Program-made: the position numbers and the translations under genes
Source: Okamejei kenojei
Lineage: Eukaryota
DNA length: 64,000 nucleotides
Assembly (NCBI GenBank): GCA_035221665.1
Contig: CM069153.1
Location: forward strand, 32,550,001-32,614,000
Direction of reading: 5' to 3'
Notes under the pieces: model-generated
Seen by the model: only the letters and a program-made list of their open reading frames with translations
Told to the model about the DNA's origin: nothing
Database searches by the model: none
In this document: positions 63,151 to 64,000 of the stretch, piece by piece
Numbering within the stretch: the first letter of the stretch is position 1
Layout: each line of letters opens with the position of its first letter

Positions 63151-63739
63151 ACCGCTGCCCTTCCCAGCCACATTGGAGCAAACTGCCATCAATCACACAG
63201 CCACCCACTCAAAGAGACGGCAGAGATGTAAACATTCGCACCGCCCCATCCACCGTGTTCTTGTAACAATCATCATCTTCATATATGTCGGCATTGACGT
63301 GTTGTTGTCTCTTTCAGGGCACCGTTTAGCGATTAGATGCGAACTTTAATTTAAGGTACTTTATTTCAGTCTCCGGTTCAGGTCAAGTGGTTGACCCATT
63401 ATGTAAGTTGTGATGTTATGATTTATGAGCTGAATATTTGTTTTTAGTACTCTTTCTTTTGCCTACTTTATTGTCACGCGACATAATGTCTCCTTCCCCA
63501 GCGCCCCCGCATCAGTTTTATCACTGTTCTGTGAAACAATTTAGAACATTTTTACAAATTTAAAAATGCTATGTAATCGATCATAGGGAATACAAATATA
63601 AAATGTTGGGCATGTTCAACAGTTAAGTCCGCATCCGTGGAGCGAGAAACAAAGTTAACCTTTCAGGCATAAAATCCCTTTGTAATTGGAAGCTCGCTTG
63701 CAACTGTGGTACAGCTTGGTCTGGTGCTCGCCGAGTCCC

Positions 63740-63940
63740 ATTCAGCCACTTTCACTGTTCGCTGATCTACATTAGGTACCCGTGTTCACTGAGGTCGATA
63801 GATTTTAACACGTTGAGGGAAAACTTTAGGCTACAGGAAGATGTAGTTGACCCGGTCAGTCGGGCAAACAATTAGCGAATGGAATTTAATCCAAAAATGA
63901 CTAAAGCAATGCATTCGAGAAGGGAATGCAAGGCACCGGG
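63740..63940 (+). mobile_element. Degraded CR1 fragment
   Basis: ctacaggaagatgtag...gaatggaatttaatccaaaa (LQEDV...MEFNP motif region). Confidence 0.55.
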
Positions 63941-64000
63941 ATAGATGGGGGGGTGGTCAGGAGGGCCAGCGTCGCCCCTTTCCCCCTGGCCCCGGGAGAG

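Larger units (their letters stand above)
61100..63250. promoter_or_regulatory. CpG island / CASKIN2 promoter region
   Basis: Sharp rise in GC and CpG relative to the CpG-depleted remainder; overlaps the first coding exon; CCAAT on the minus strand near 63172. Confidence 0.8.

Overview
Eukaryotic, vertebrate sequence. The repeat complement (HE1-type V-SINEs, HER1/CR1 LINEs, DeuSINE relics, Penelope-like elements) points to a cartilaginous fish, probably a skate or ray; this is an inference. The only host coding sequence I can support is the first coding exon of a CASKIN2 orthologue on the minus strand (ATG 61258, donor after 61165). It lies in a CpG island (~61100-63250) that probably also holds a non-coding first exon and the promoter. 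Positions 1-61164 appear to be one very large intron. That intron is filled with CR1, Rex1/Babar, RTE, Tx1/L1-like and Penelope fragments, V-SINEs and PIF/Harbinger-type MITEs, several of them nested. The most unusual signals are: hammerhead-ribozyme cores in Penelope terminal repeats, including fold-back copies; a ~350 bp MITE-derived inverted repeat inside a Penelope copy; an inverted segment flanked by 34-bp direct repeats; non-coding elements with Rex1-type tails; and a CASKIN2 leader with 7 upstream AUGs and a (GU)17 tract at its acceptor. I found no convincing novel protein-coding system. Repeat family names are from recognition, not database searches, and boundaries are approximate.
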